From Marsupella aquatica (Eukaryota; Plantae; Marchantiophyta), in the NCBI GenBank assembly GCA_973895155.1, contig OZ316894.1, forward strand, positions 372,001-436,000: 64,000 nt of DNA, given 5' to 3'. This document shows, one piece after another, positions 1-11,461 of the stretch (positions are counted from its first letter, which is position 1; the number at the start of each line of letters is the position of its first letter). The notes beneath the pieces were generated by a model. It searched no databases. It saw only the letters and a program-made list of their open reading frames with translations, and had not been told where the DNA came from. The position numbers were made by a program, and so were the translations under genes.

Positions 1-1420
1 AAATCCCTGGTTTAGGAGGAATCCTAGGGTTACTGATAACTTGGAAGCCTCGGCCATTGTTTGGGTAGGGGTATGCAGTTCTACCTGCTAAGTTACGTGG
101 ACCCACCATTGAAATCTGATACGCCGAATCAGGAGGGTCTTCAAAGAAATACTCCGTGGACTCCGCTTCAGGTCCCGGGTTGTCGACATCATCAAATTTC
201 ACCTGGTGAACTCGGTTCTTCCATCTTGGGCATTCTTGCACGACATGCCCAGATTGGAAGCACTTTGAACACCACGCATGGGCTCGGATCTCAGATGGTT
301 TCTTCTTCTCCACCGGCTTTTCCGCGAGATGTACTGACAGTGCTTTGAGACGATCCGTGATTTCGTTAAGCTTGTCTGCTTTGGCAGTCTTTGGATCGAG
401 TATCGTTCTTCGAGTATGGGATTTGAGTTTCCCCTCCTTCTTAACCCGCCTTTTCTTCTTCTTGCTCCGGCTCTCACTTTCCAAATCACTTTCTGATGAG
501 CTGGAGGTGGAGGACCCGCTGTTCGAAGTTGAATCCGAACTAGATTCCGTCTCCGAACTGGACGAGGTCGAACGATGTTTCTTCTTCTTCTTGCGTTTCT
601 TCTTCTTCTCGTCATCTGATTCGGAGTCACTGTCACTGAAGGTCTCGTACTTGCCCTTCTTGCGGCGTGCCCGCTGGCTTCGCTGGGAGTTATATGTGGA
701 CTCCCGGTAGGTTTCGGCGCACGCTATGGCCGCTTGCATTGAAATTGGATTGTTCTGGCGCACCCAGAATTGCATATTCGTGGGCAAACCATGGAGGAAC
801 CATGTAAGCTGGAGTGCGTCACCCGGCCTGGGCCGTATCTTGGCAGCAAGTTTCTGAAACTTCTGGATGAACTTTCGCAGGGACTCATTTTTTCCCATGC
901 GAAGCTGGCCAATCTTTAATAAAGAGCGCTGCTCGGATCCAATAGCACAAAATTCTTGCAACAACGCAGCTTGGAATTGTGCCCATGTAATCCCGGGTGG
1001 CAACGAGTTGTACCATGGACGAGCTTCTCCCCACATCACTCCGGGGAGGATGGTTAGCTTAATGGCGTCTTCCCCGTTAGCCTTAGTAGTGGCTTCAAAC
1101 TCATCCAACCATTCATCCGGATCATCCCCATGACGCCCTTTGAAAGGTCGATAATGAAACCGCAATCATTGCGATATTTGCGGAGGAGCTTGGGCAGCGC
1201 GGGCCATCGGTGGGGTGGCTGCCATAGGTGGTGGCGGTGGTGGCGCAGGAACCGCAGCAGGACCGGTCGAACCGGACCCCAAAGGTCCCGGTGGTATGTT
1301 CATTCGTCAGGGCGATTGCGAGTCCTCCGAGCCAGAAGAGTCGGAGCTTGTTGGGGTCGCACTTTCTCGTTCGCTGGTCAATCTCCTCAAGTAAGCTGCT
1401 TGAGAACGAGTGACAGGCAT
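1..1420 (-). pseudogene. gag: gag of Ty3/gypsy family A (in-frame stops; runs off the left edge)
   Basis: The minus strand from ATG 1420 reads ...FHYRPFKGRHGDDPDEWLDEFEATTKANGEDAIKLTILPGVMWGEARPWY..., clearly similar to the family B gag at 60854 (HYKAFHGRGDEDPDEWLDDFEGTAAANGESAIKMQILPG). A Lys/Ser-rich tract and a CX2CX4HX4C knuckle (CSKCFQSGHVVQEC) occur near 230-275. Confidence 0.85.
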
Positions 1421-1513
1421 TTACTCGTGTAAATGCAATGGTTAGTACTAGGGCTTGGTGTATTCTGCCCAGGCGAATACGCACATGTCTCCCCTCTACG
1501 GTATGTAGAGTGC

Positions 1514-1531
1514 CCCCTCCATCTAGCGCCA
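1514..1531 (-). promoter_or_regulatory. primer binding site (tRNA-Asn-like) of family A element
   Basis: The minus strand reads TGGCGCTAGATGGAGGGG, one mismatch from the complement of the plant tRNA-Asn 3' end as I recall it. It lies between the LTR and gag. Confidence 0.8.
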
Positions 1532-2442
1532 AAAACAAAGGCTATGTCACGTCGTTGGCGTTGGCCTTAACTCGGGCTTCGACTTAGACGGGCACATTCT
1601 TCGTAACAATGAGGGTTCGGGCAGGGAGGGAAGCACGTAATGCACCTAATTCGTGTAAACTAGCGCTAAGTGCGCCTACTATTAGATACGGACACATCCT
1701 AGGTATGGTTTGTGTTCCGCCGCCAGAACGTACCTTAGTCGATAGCAGGATCGACCCCGGCTTAAGGGCTTCTAAACCTTCATGCTGTCCGCCTTCGATC
1801 CAGATTTGATAATACAGGTCCTCAACCCGTGCTCGCAACCACTTACCCGCAAGCTGCACCCCGTGCACGACTCGGGTAGTGCGTTCGGCCCGGCGTTGTC
1901 GCCTATACACAAGATTCACACTTACACATACACGCACAAGCATACAATCTCGATTTACACGAAGGAAGTAGTGGGAAAGGATTTTACTACAAAGGGGACA
2001 TATGCGTACACTTGATTGACCCGACAGCCCTGGAGTGAACAGGTTCAAGGCCGAGGGTGTACACTACAACGGAGCCCGGCTCCGCACTCGCCCAGCGAGC
2101 TTAGTCCTACCCCCTCCCCTTGATACTCTTCCACTCCCAGAGGTCGGGACTCCTCGCACATACCGCGGATGTCCAAGTTGAAACTAAAAACCCCCCCCTT
2201 GCCTCTACCGAGGGGTGCACTAAATACTACGGCCGAGGAATGGGGTGGCCTCCCCGTTCGAAGATTTGCTAACTGAGGTCCTAACTAAGCTGACTGTCAG
2301 GCCGAAAAATGGCTGTGTCTTATTAGAAGATACTAATCTACGCAGGCTGGACAGCATGGCAGTGTTGCTGTAACTAAGGCAGGTGCCTGTCCCAATAGCC
2401 TGACTTAGCTATTCCTAACCCTACTCTAATCCTACTCTGCCG

Positions 2443-5400
2443 CTAATGTCTGGCATGCTTGCCAGAGCCGCCAGAGTGGGAGCGGTCATCCCGCTGCCTG
2501 CGAAGTCTGTCGTTGTCCGTCTTGAGGAGCTGGACTTGGTCCAGCAGAGATTCGTTCTCTCGCTTCGCCGCGTCCATCTCCTCCGCTGCCTCCTGGCATG
2601 CCTCCTCCAGCTGCTGGGCGTCGCTCGTCAGCTTGCCCACCAACTGGTCCTGCTTCTCGGCTTCAGTTTGAAGCCGCGCTACTTCGGCTTGTAGCGTGGC
2701 TATCTCCGCAGTGTCCCGCTGGGCCCGTTCCTCGGCCTCCTCCAGGTCCTTCTGCCAGATGACAGTTTGATTCTTCAAACTCTCAATCTGGGACCGGAGC
2801 CGTAAAATCTCGGCCTCGTTCCCAGCATTGGCCTGTTCGGCTAGGGTGGTAAGGGCGTGCGCCTTTGCTAACAACTCATCGGCGGCTACAACCTTGGGTC
2901 GTAGTTGCAGAAGCTCAGCCTCTTGAGCCGCCACCTCGTCCTTCAAGTATACGGACTCTACCCGGTACCGCTCTATCCTCTGAAGGGCCTCTGACTGGGC
3001 CCGACCTGCCTTTACTGTGGCAACCAACTCTTGATTGAAGAAACAGGCTACCTTCCGGGCCATGAACTCCCCGGTATCCCGGGCAATCTGATGAGAGAAA
3101 TCTCCCAAAAGCCCGTTCAGAAATGTACCCGGTACGAAGAGTTCCGGGTGGTCCAGGTTATGCCTATCCGGATTCGGGCACGGGCAGACGTCAGCACGTG
3201 CGGGCGCCGGGGTAGTGACATCCAGCACTGGAGACGTAGTGTTGGAAGGGGCTGGAGTGTCCTCCTCCAGCAACGTTCGGTCCTCAGGAATAACCTCCGA
3301 TGGGTCTTCGGGCAGCCCGGGCTCGGGTAGGGCCTCCGCGGTCCTGACTTCTGTACTTGGCCCGGCCTGGTTGATCATATCTACGGCTGCGGATACCGAC
3401 CCATTCGGTACCTCCTCGGCCTCGGCTACAGCTACCTGTGGGGGTGGGTGGGTGAAGCGTGCGTGGCCGTTGGACTTTGGGCCTCGGGTTGGGGCCATCT
3501 CTCCAAGGCCGGGAAAACCCACCTAGCTGGAACCAGCTTAGTTACGTTGACACGGGGAAGGGTTTGTCGATCAAACCGGGCGTACCACTCAAGAATGATC
3601 TCGATGTGGCTTGCAAAATATGCCTTTCCGCCGATGTATAACGTCTTTCTTCGCCGCTCCATCTCTTCATGGAATTTCTTAGCGAAGTACGATGCCCACC
3701 TCCTAGGTCGATAGTTCTCGACCTGGATAACCTGGGCAGCGGAGATCTCACCCCGGGGTTCCATCATGTGGAGGACGTACCATTGGAACTCCAGTCGCTC
3801 GGCTATCTCGGGGATGAGGCAAGTCCTCATCACGAACCCGTTGTCCACTGCTCCGTCGGCGGGAAAACCCGAGGATTGGTACTTGGCTCCCTTGCCCCCG
3901 GGAGCCCGTGACTCGACGCGGTAATCACCTTCGGGTAACCCGAAGATCAACTTGAGCCTTTCTTTCGTGAGGGACATATTCCTTCCCCGCAACCGAGTCT
4001 GCTGACGGGCCTCATCATAATTCTTGACGAATTCCGTCATATCATCCCCGTAGTACCTGCAAGTGTTCTAGGGAAGAGAGGCGAGGTGCTCGAATCCCTG
4101 AGTTTTCAGGTACACCGCATGCTTGGGATGGAGGATGTTTTTATGCACGTTTTCCCCCATGCGGTGCATTGTCACCTTGGCCGCGGCTACCGTGGCCATG
4201 GGTAACCCGGATGCAGCAGCGGCCTCCTTCCTCTTCTTTCCCCGTGACTGGCTCGGGGAGGGTGACACCTCCCCATCCTCTCGATCGGGTATAGGTAATG
4301 CTATCGTCGTTAGCATTGGTGCTGGGGCGGCCACGGTCACCGCGTTGTCTACTGGAGCCACTCTTCGGGGCCGCCTGAGCAAAGGGAGGGTCGCCTCATC
4401 ATCGTCGCTAAGGTCCACAACGTTGATGACGGAGCGCAACTGCACCGGCGGGACGATCGGTGGTGGGGGTTGGCTAGACTAAGGCTGAGCTTGAGCCTGA
4501 GGCCGAGGCCGAGGCTGAAGCTGAGCCTGAGCCGGTGTTGGCGCGGGCACGGGTATGGGGTCGACTGGCCTGGCGCCGGTGGTTGAGGGTCTAGTTCCCA
4601 TGAAGTTCTGCAGGTGCTGGTAGAGTAGCTCCGAAGCAAGTACAGACGGCCTTGTCGCACGGGTAGTGCTGGACGCGTTGTTGATGTTAGCCTGGACCCG
4701 AGTAGGGATGTGGTCGAAGTGATGCCGTTGCAAGTCGATTGTGCCCGGGATACTGAAGACTTCGTCTGGAAGTCAAAGCAAAGCTTCCCAGAACCCGATA
4801 TATTTGTCTCCGTCGAAGAAATACCCTGCTACCTCCGCTGGTCGGTAAAGCTCGTTCTGAAACGGGTAGCCAAAGTTAAAGATACAATGGTGTCCAGCGT
4901 ACACAGGGCTTTAATACTTGGCCTTCGGCACACACAGAGTTCACTGTGGAAATCTGTGGGAGGCTTGGGATACGGGTGATTGCTGACTGCTAGAATGCTG
5001 AGGCGCACCAATGGAAGGACTTTTCTGGCAGATGGTGTTTGCTTCGAGGGTGGGCGCTGGCTCACAGGGACAGATGCCATCAGTTTCTACTTGTGATTGG
5101 CAGGGGACGCTGCTGCAATGGTGGGCTGGTGCCGGGTGCTCGTTGTTGGCGTTGGCTTGAGATGGGGGTTCCACTGAAGAGGTTCACAATTCCTAACAAA
5201 CACGCGTACCAACTTCTAAGACCTAAGGGCTCGGACTACCAAAGATGGAACAGAATTTGGCTCACCAACTGGACGGAGGAGGTATGGGGTAAGAGATGGC
5301 GCGCTCTGTGGGGTTCGGACCTGTCCACTAGAGGAAAAACCTTTCTATGGCGAATCATTGCTGGTGGCCTGTTTACGGGAGCAAGGGCCCTTACTATTGG

Positions 5401-6357
5401 TGCAAGTGATGGTATCTGTCGGCTATGCCCTGGGAGGCTTGAAAGTATTCCTCATCTGTTCGTCCAATGTGTGCATGCTGCTGAGTGCTGGAGACTATGC
5501 TGTGACTGCTGCCTGGGAGTTATGTTTGCACCTGGGCAGGATCTTCTGGACAAGGTGGTGGCCTCATTTGGTCGCAGTCCATTGAGGGTGGCTCGTCTAT
5601 TCCTACTGTTTCAAATTGTGTGGATGATTTGGCTGGGACGTAACACACAGATGTTCAAGGAACTTGGGCGCAGATCCTTTGATGTAAGATTGGTTCTTTC
5701 TGAGACGGTTTTGCACCTGCATGGGGCCTCTCTACGCTTCCTGTCAGGCAGTAAACACATTCGGCTTCTTAGGGCTAAAGAATTAATTGAAATGGAACAG
5801 AGGCGCTGGTTGGTGCGTAGAGATGGACATGTGACTTCGGGCTGATGATGCTTAGAGTAGGTTAGGCTCTTTGATTGGTGTTGTGGCTCTGGTGGGCTTG
5901 GGTTGGGCTCAACTGTGCGGCTCTGTTTTTTGCTTTTGGGGCTTGCCCTTGTGTTATGGCTTCAGGCCTTTTGGTTGCTCATGGATCTGGCTCTCGCTGT
6001 CGTTGACTGGCTGGCTGGGGTTGGGCTCTTTACCGGGGCCGTATATGATGTCTGGGCGAGCCCTGTTTTAGGGGTGCCCTGCTAGCCTCCTGTGGGCGTT
6101 GTCCTTTTGTGCGTGCTTGTGCTGTTTGCTTCCCCCGCCGTGGGGTTTTCACGGGTTATTTCTATAAAAGTTTGAAAAAATTTCCAAGGAAAGATACAAT
6201 GGTGTCGTATTGCTAGGCGGATGGCTCTCTCGTACTCGCGTTCAATTTCGTATCGGCGCGGGTTGGCGTGTTCCAATGAGTCGGCCAAGTGTCTTCCGGT
6301 AGACAGGAACTGCGTCCAGAATCGTAGGGCCGAACTGGAGAGGATCGTGTGCGACAT
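2443..6357 (-). pseudogene. LTR-encoded ORF of family A, copy A1 (disrupted by LINE, a stop and frameshifts)
   Basis: ORF pieces 6082-6357, 4479-4733, 4068-4445, 3432-4040 and 2443-3522 match consecutive parts of the ORF at 47133-49769. Confidence 0.88.
4895..6189 (+). mobile_element. 5'-truncated L1-like LINE
   Basis: A 17-bp TSD AAAGATACAATGGTGTC lies at 4878-4894 and 6190-6206. ORF 5039-5845 has the zf-RVT pattern (KTFLWRI...CRLC...ESIPHLFVQC...CW). The 3' end is A-rich. Confidence 0.85.
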
Positions 6358-6836
6358 TCAGAGGAGGAAGCAGTGACGACTAAGAGGGGGGGAGAGAGCT
6401 AGGGTCGAAGCTGGCGCGTGGACTGAATGACTGGTGCACTTGCAAAGGATCAGCCCCCTTTTATACCCTGAGAGCTCGTCGATCGCCCGAAGCCTCCTCG
6501 TTGCTTATAGGCCGAACCTCTCACGCTTGCAGTGTACCAGCCACTCCGCCGGTCCGAGTCAGCGTGTGACAGTGCCCGCCTCCCGAAGTTCGTTATACGG
6601 ACCCGAGGGGGAGGGGCAGGGGGGCCCATTACACGATCGCAACCTGGTCGTGCGAATAGCGACGCGCCGCCAGCCCGAACATGAATTCCCGTTTATTGAC
6701 TAATGATTCCCTACTCATAATGGCTACCTAAATACTGTCGTTATGCTAATGATAGCGGCCTAAGATACTCCTAAAGCGCGTGCCAAGCATGGTTTAGACG
6801 GAATCACTCATTACCCGCCGTACCGGCGGCGTCACA

Positions 6837-7928
6837 GTCACCCGGGCCTCAACATGTTTCATAAAATCATTAAAGACTCCACGGGTATACCAAACCAGGT
6901 ACACCCCACGTCAATGAAAGGCCCGTGCCTAGCATGTTCCCAAGGCAAACTCACAATTAGGCCATCACCACCTACGACAAAAAATAGGATCTGCATCTTC
7001 CTTAAAGGATCCACGCTGATGTATGTGGCCCAATCGATCCCCCAAGTGCCCGCATCCTTGCACATATCACAAAATTAAAAGCCCAATTCCCAAACAATCC
7101 AATAAAAATCCTCAGAGTTGACAATGCAGGAGAATTTACATCTAAACCTTCGACGACTTCTGCCCATGTGCAGGAATTGACGCTCAATACCTGGTCCCAT
7201 ACGTACACTTCCAAAATGGAATAGCCCAATCATTAATTAAGCGGCTACAGATGATAGCTTGCCCCTCCTTATGCAGACGAGCTTACCCGCATGAGGACAT
7301 GCCATACTGCATGCCACTGCACTGCTCCATTACATACCATCTGCTTTTTAACACCAATACACCTCACCACATGGCACACGGGACAATCCCAAATGTATCC
7401 CACCTACAAACCTTTGGATCCCAAGTGTTGGTACCAATAATGGGCCATAAGAGAACTAAATTGGGACCACAACGGTAGAACTTTAGGCATCTACATCGGC
7501 TTTGACTCTACTACCATCATAAGATATTTAGAACCGACCACAGCTGATATCTCCAAGGCTAGATTTGCATATGCCACTTTTTTGAGGATATCTTCCCTAC
7601 CTTGAGTGCAACGCAGGATGAACCAGCAAAGATTGCTGCCACCAAACTCCAATGGCAGACAAAATCCAAGTTTTGGAACGACCCATGGACCAGCCAAACG
7701 GACATGGAAGTCCAACAAATGATACACTTAATGAGGATAATGGAGCAACTACCAGACTCATTTGCAAACTCCACAAAAGTGACAAGGTCACACCTACCAG
7801 CAGCGAATACTCCATCTCGAATAGATATCACAAGCAAGCAAGCTACAATGCAAGCACCAAAAGCTAAACGCGGTCGCCCACCAGGCTCAAGTGATAAGCA
7901 ACCAAGACAACGGAGGTCTGCACCTCCT
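6837..7928 (+). pseudogene. degenerate Bianca-like Ty1/copia fragment (GAG-pre-integrase and integrase)
   Basis: Motifs GHPGLNMFHKI..CLACSQGK, LRVDNAGEFTS and FGSQVLVPIMGHKRTKLGPQR are colinear with the element at 14194-19685, with many frameshifts. Confidence 0.8.
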
Positions 7929-8522
7929 TGTCGTGTGGACACACATCCATACACAACTCACATTGCGGCACACCATGTAAACAAAGAAAAGATAATCACA
8001 CGACATACAACACATATACACCAAAATCCATAACAATCTCTTGCAAAATGGAACCCCGCCGCAAGGTATCACTAAGTCGAGCCAAACTCACCCGCTAGCC
8101 ATGCGGGACTCCAAGTCTATACACATAGCAGAACCCTGCTAATGTCGCTCTACATGCCAACCGATATACAATCTCTCTCTCTCACCATAGCCACACTCAC
8201 ATGAGCTCTACTAGTGTTGGGAGGCTCAACTTGGAACAATGAGGAGCTAATCCTCATGCTCCAAGGTATACCCCCATGGCACAAAGGGTATGGTAACTTG
8301 GGTGAACAGGTCATCCCTACCAGGTGACCTACTATACCAGGTCATCCTCCCAAACTCACAATACACCATGTGCAACCAACAAAGTTGCAACCCAAATGCA
8401 ACATGGAGTGACAATTGTCGTGCGGACACACATCCAGACACAACTCACATCGCGGCACACCATGTAAACAAGGAAAAGATAATCACACGACACACAACAC
8501 ATGTACGCCAAAATCCATAACC
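7929..8522. repeat. pair of ~107-bp direct repeats (7929-8035 and 8416-8522); probable short LTR(s) of the adjacent gypsy
   Basis: Both copies start TGTCGTG and end CCATAAC(A/C). The second is followed by GCCCCCCT, a polypurine tract on the minus strand. Confidence 0.6.
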
Positions 8523-8696
8523 GCCCCCCTAGCTGGTGGTTAGGCCCCGCTAACTACAGCTAGCCCTAAAACTAAAAGGAAGTATACACCTTTTGGGTAC
8601 ACAAATCAAGAGGTCGGGTGCAAAGAAGCCTCATTGTTAATCGCTTGCCTACGATTTATACTACCTAATAAGTTTTATGCTAACTAAAGCCAATCT

Positions 8697-11461
8697 CTAT
8701 CTACAATTGGGACACAACCACCGTCCTTCAGGGACTGAATCAAGAGGTGGCGTCAAGCACGCCAAGTGCCAACCTCTTGAGCAACCATCACAAATCAACA
8801 TGGTTGCAGCTCCTCGGGTGGATTCACACAACATACACCGTAAGCCTACAGGGATCACTGCTAGACTAGGATATATGCTATCATCAATGTTTGGAAGGTG
8901 ACAAGGTGCATAGTTGTGCACATGATCCTTCCAAACCATACCATCATGACCTTCTAAAACCAGAATGCGTGATGGCAAAACCTTCTGCACTTGTAGAATA
9001 GTACGTCGGGCAGTGACATCCAATTAAAGTAGTAGGTGCTGTCTGTTGCAGATACACATAGTCTCTAGAATGACATCGCCTGATGCTAGGGCGATATCCT
9101 CCTCCCTGAATAGTGGCATACCTCAATGTATCTCGATGTTGTGCAATAGCTAAGTTCTCAAACGCCATGGGCATCACTCTCCAAAACAATTCCGTCCGTT
9201 GAGAACAAGCTCGCATCCACATATCAGGGTCATCCAATTGCAACACTTCACAAACTTCCCGTCAAATGGCTGCTGGCAACATTGACTCCCTACCATAGAG
9301 CAACAAATATGGAGAAAAGGATGCAAGAGATGCTTGCCTACTGAAGCGATATCCCATCTCTAACCATGGTAGTTGCATATCCCAATCACTCATGTGACCC
9401 TTCTGCAAGCCATACTTCTGCAAGCCTCTCTTCACTGTCTGGACAACTCTCTCTACCAATCCATCTGCCTTTGGATGATCCCTAGACATTGTATGGTGTC
9501 AATCAATGCTTGATCACACAAGGCCTGAAAATCTCCATGAAACTCAGTCCCCTAGTCAGTCAAAACCTTAGCAGGAGCACCAAAATGGCTCAATACACGG
9601 TCCAAAAAGGTATAGGCAACTCCTTCACTACCCTTATCTGGCAATGTAACCAACTCAATCCATTTAGAAAAGTGCTCCACCATCACTAAGGCATAACGGT
9701 TGTGAGGTCTAGTCAATGGTAAGGGTCCAACAAAATCTAAACTCCAACGATATCCCAAGCCCATGATTGGCAAGGGATGCAGCTGCGGGGTAGGAGCATT
9801 AAATGATGCTCTCACTCTGTCACACACAGTACACCGTGCCACAAACTATTGCATCTTAGCATGCATTCCAGACCACCAATACTGGGTCTGGAGTAAGTTG
9901 TATGTTCGCTTCACTCCAAAATATCCAAGCTCTTTATGATCATGTTGCACCAATCGTGTGCGCTGGGATAGAGGAGGTACCAACCGCACCCTGCCATCAT
10001 CCCAAACTCTCAATAGGTGAGATCCTTCCCACCTAAACCTCTTAGCTTGTTGTAGGATCCGATCTCTCTCCTTGGCAGTTACCATGCCTGGCATGCTGTC
10101 CGTGCGCAGATACATCATAACATCTGCATCATCATGAATATCATGTCCAGTAAACTCCTCACTAGAAATCTTTGGATCCACAAAGTCTGCAATGGGCCTC
10201 TCCAATGATGCCACTGCACCGAGACCATCCACACTTTGCAACAAACACAAATAAGCAGAAGCATGCCAACCTGGCACCATCTCCTCGTTGGCCTCATCAT
10301 GTCAACGTGCTCTTGTCAAATCCCTCTGGCTCGGGCAGGGATTGCGACTCAATCCATCAGCATCCTGATGTAAGTGACCAGGTCTATGCAAGACCTCAAA
10401 ATCATACTCCTGAAGTATGAGTGCCCAACAAGCAAGCTTACCAGTAAGCTTGTCTGACTCCATCAACCATTTGAGTGGTTGGTGATCTATAATAAGAGTG
10501 AAGGGATTACCAAACAAGTAACATAAAAATGAGCCAATGCCCACATTGCCGCCAAGCATTCTTCCTCATAGGAGCCATACTTTGATTTTGCAGTGTTATT
10601 CGATCGACTGGCATATGCTACCACAAACTCCCTTCCCTCATCATCCTGCTGAGTGAGCACTGCTCCAAGTCCCAGCATGCTCCAATCAGTATGCAACCTG
10701 AATGGACGCCCCTTGATAGGTCTCCTCAAGATGGGCGCTGATGTGAGCTTCTCCTTCAACTGATGGAAAGCTCTTTCCTGGTCAGCACCCCACTGCCACT
10801 CATGGTCTAGTCTCGTAAGTAATGTCAAAGGTTTTGCAATTGCACTGAATCCTTTCACATACCTACGGTAGAAGCTTGCAAGCCCCCAAAATGCTCGGAC
10901 TCTACTCACACCTGTAGGCTGAGGGATGCCAGCAATTGCCTCCATCTTTGTCTGTTGCACACCCAATCCACCTGGATAAATGGTATGCCCTAAATATGCA
11001 ATCTGGTCATGGAAGAACTTGCATTTGCCAGGATGCAGCTTCAGTCCATATTCTCTGAGCCGCTCAAACACATGCTGCAAATGCACAACATGCTCCTCCA
11101 CAGTGTCACTATAGATAATAATGTCATCGATATAACATTTGGCAAAATCCAGGTCTGCCAAAATCCGATCCATGACCCTTTGAAACTCAGTTGGCGCATT
11201 CTTCAATCCAAACGGTAAGAATAGCCATTGATACAACACATTCTTCCCATGAGCATCAATCCCCCAGAATGTTGTCTTCTGCCTGTCACCAATCCTGATA
11301 GGCAGTTGGTGATATCCAACCTTGAGATCCAATGTGCTAAACACTCTCGCATGCCCAATGGCATCAAATATTTCCTCTAGTGTGGGCATGGCATACCTGT
11401 CAAACTTAGTCTGCCGATTAATTGGACGATAGTCTCCACACATCTTTCTGGTGGATTGCAT
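8697..11461 (-). pseudogene. pol: Ty3/gypsy pol fragment: RT, RNase H, integrase, C-terminal PHD finger
   Basis: RT motifs MCGDYR, LPFGLKNAP and YIDD; RNase H motifs LHTDWS and IIDHQPL; integrase motifs HKELGYFG, CTVC and HPKADGLVER; PHD finger CMLC..LICDGCSRGWHLACL..VPEGRWLCPNC. 5'-truncated near 11450. Confidence 0.9.

Larger units (their letters stand above)
1545..6836 (-). mobile_element. 5' LTR A1 of gypsy family A (~3.98 kb excluding the LINE insert), inserted in a copia fragment
   Basis: Ends are TGTCACGTC (1545) and GCGTCACA (6836). It is colinear over its whole length with the TSD-flanked solo copy 46678-50667, and PBS plus gag follow on the minus strand. Confidence 0.9.

Noticed and set aside
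1584-2048. Short ORFs in the 3' part of LTR A and the many antisense ORFs over GC-rich coding regions
   Set aside because: Frames differ between A1 and A2, or they are shadows of the real ORFs.
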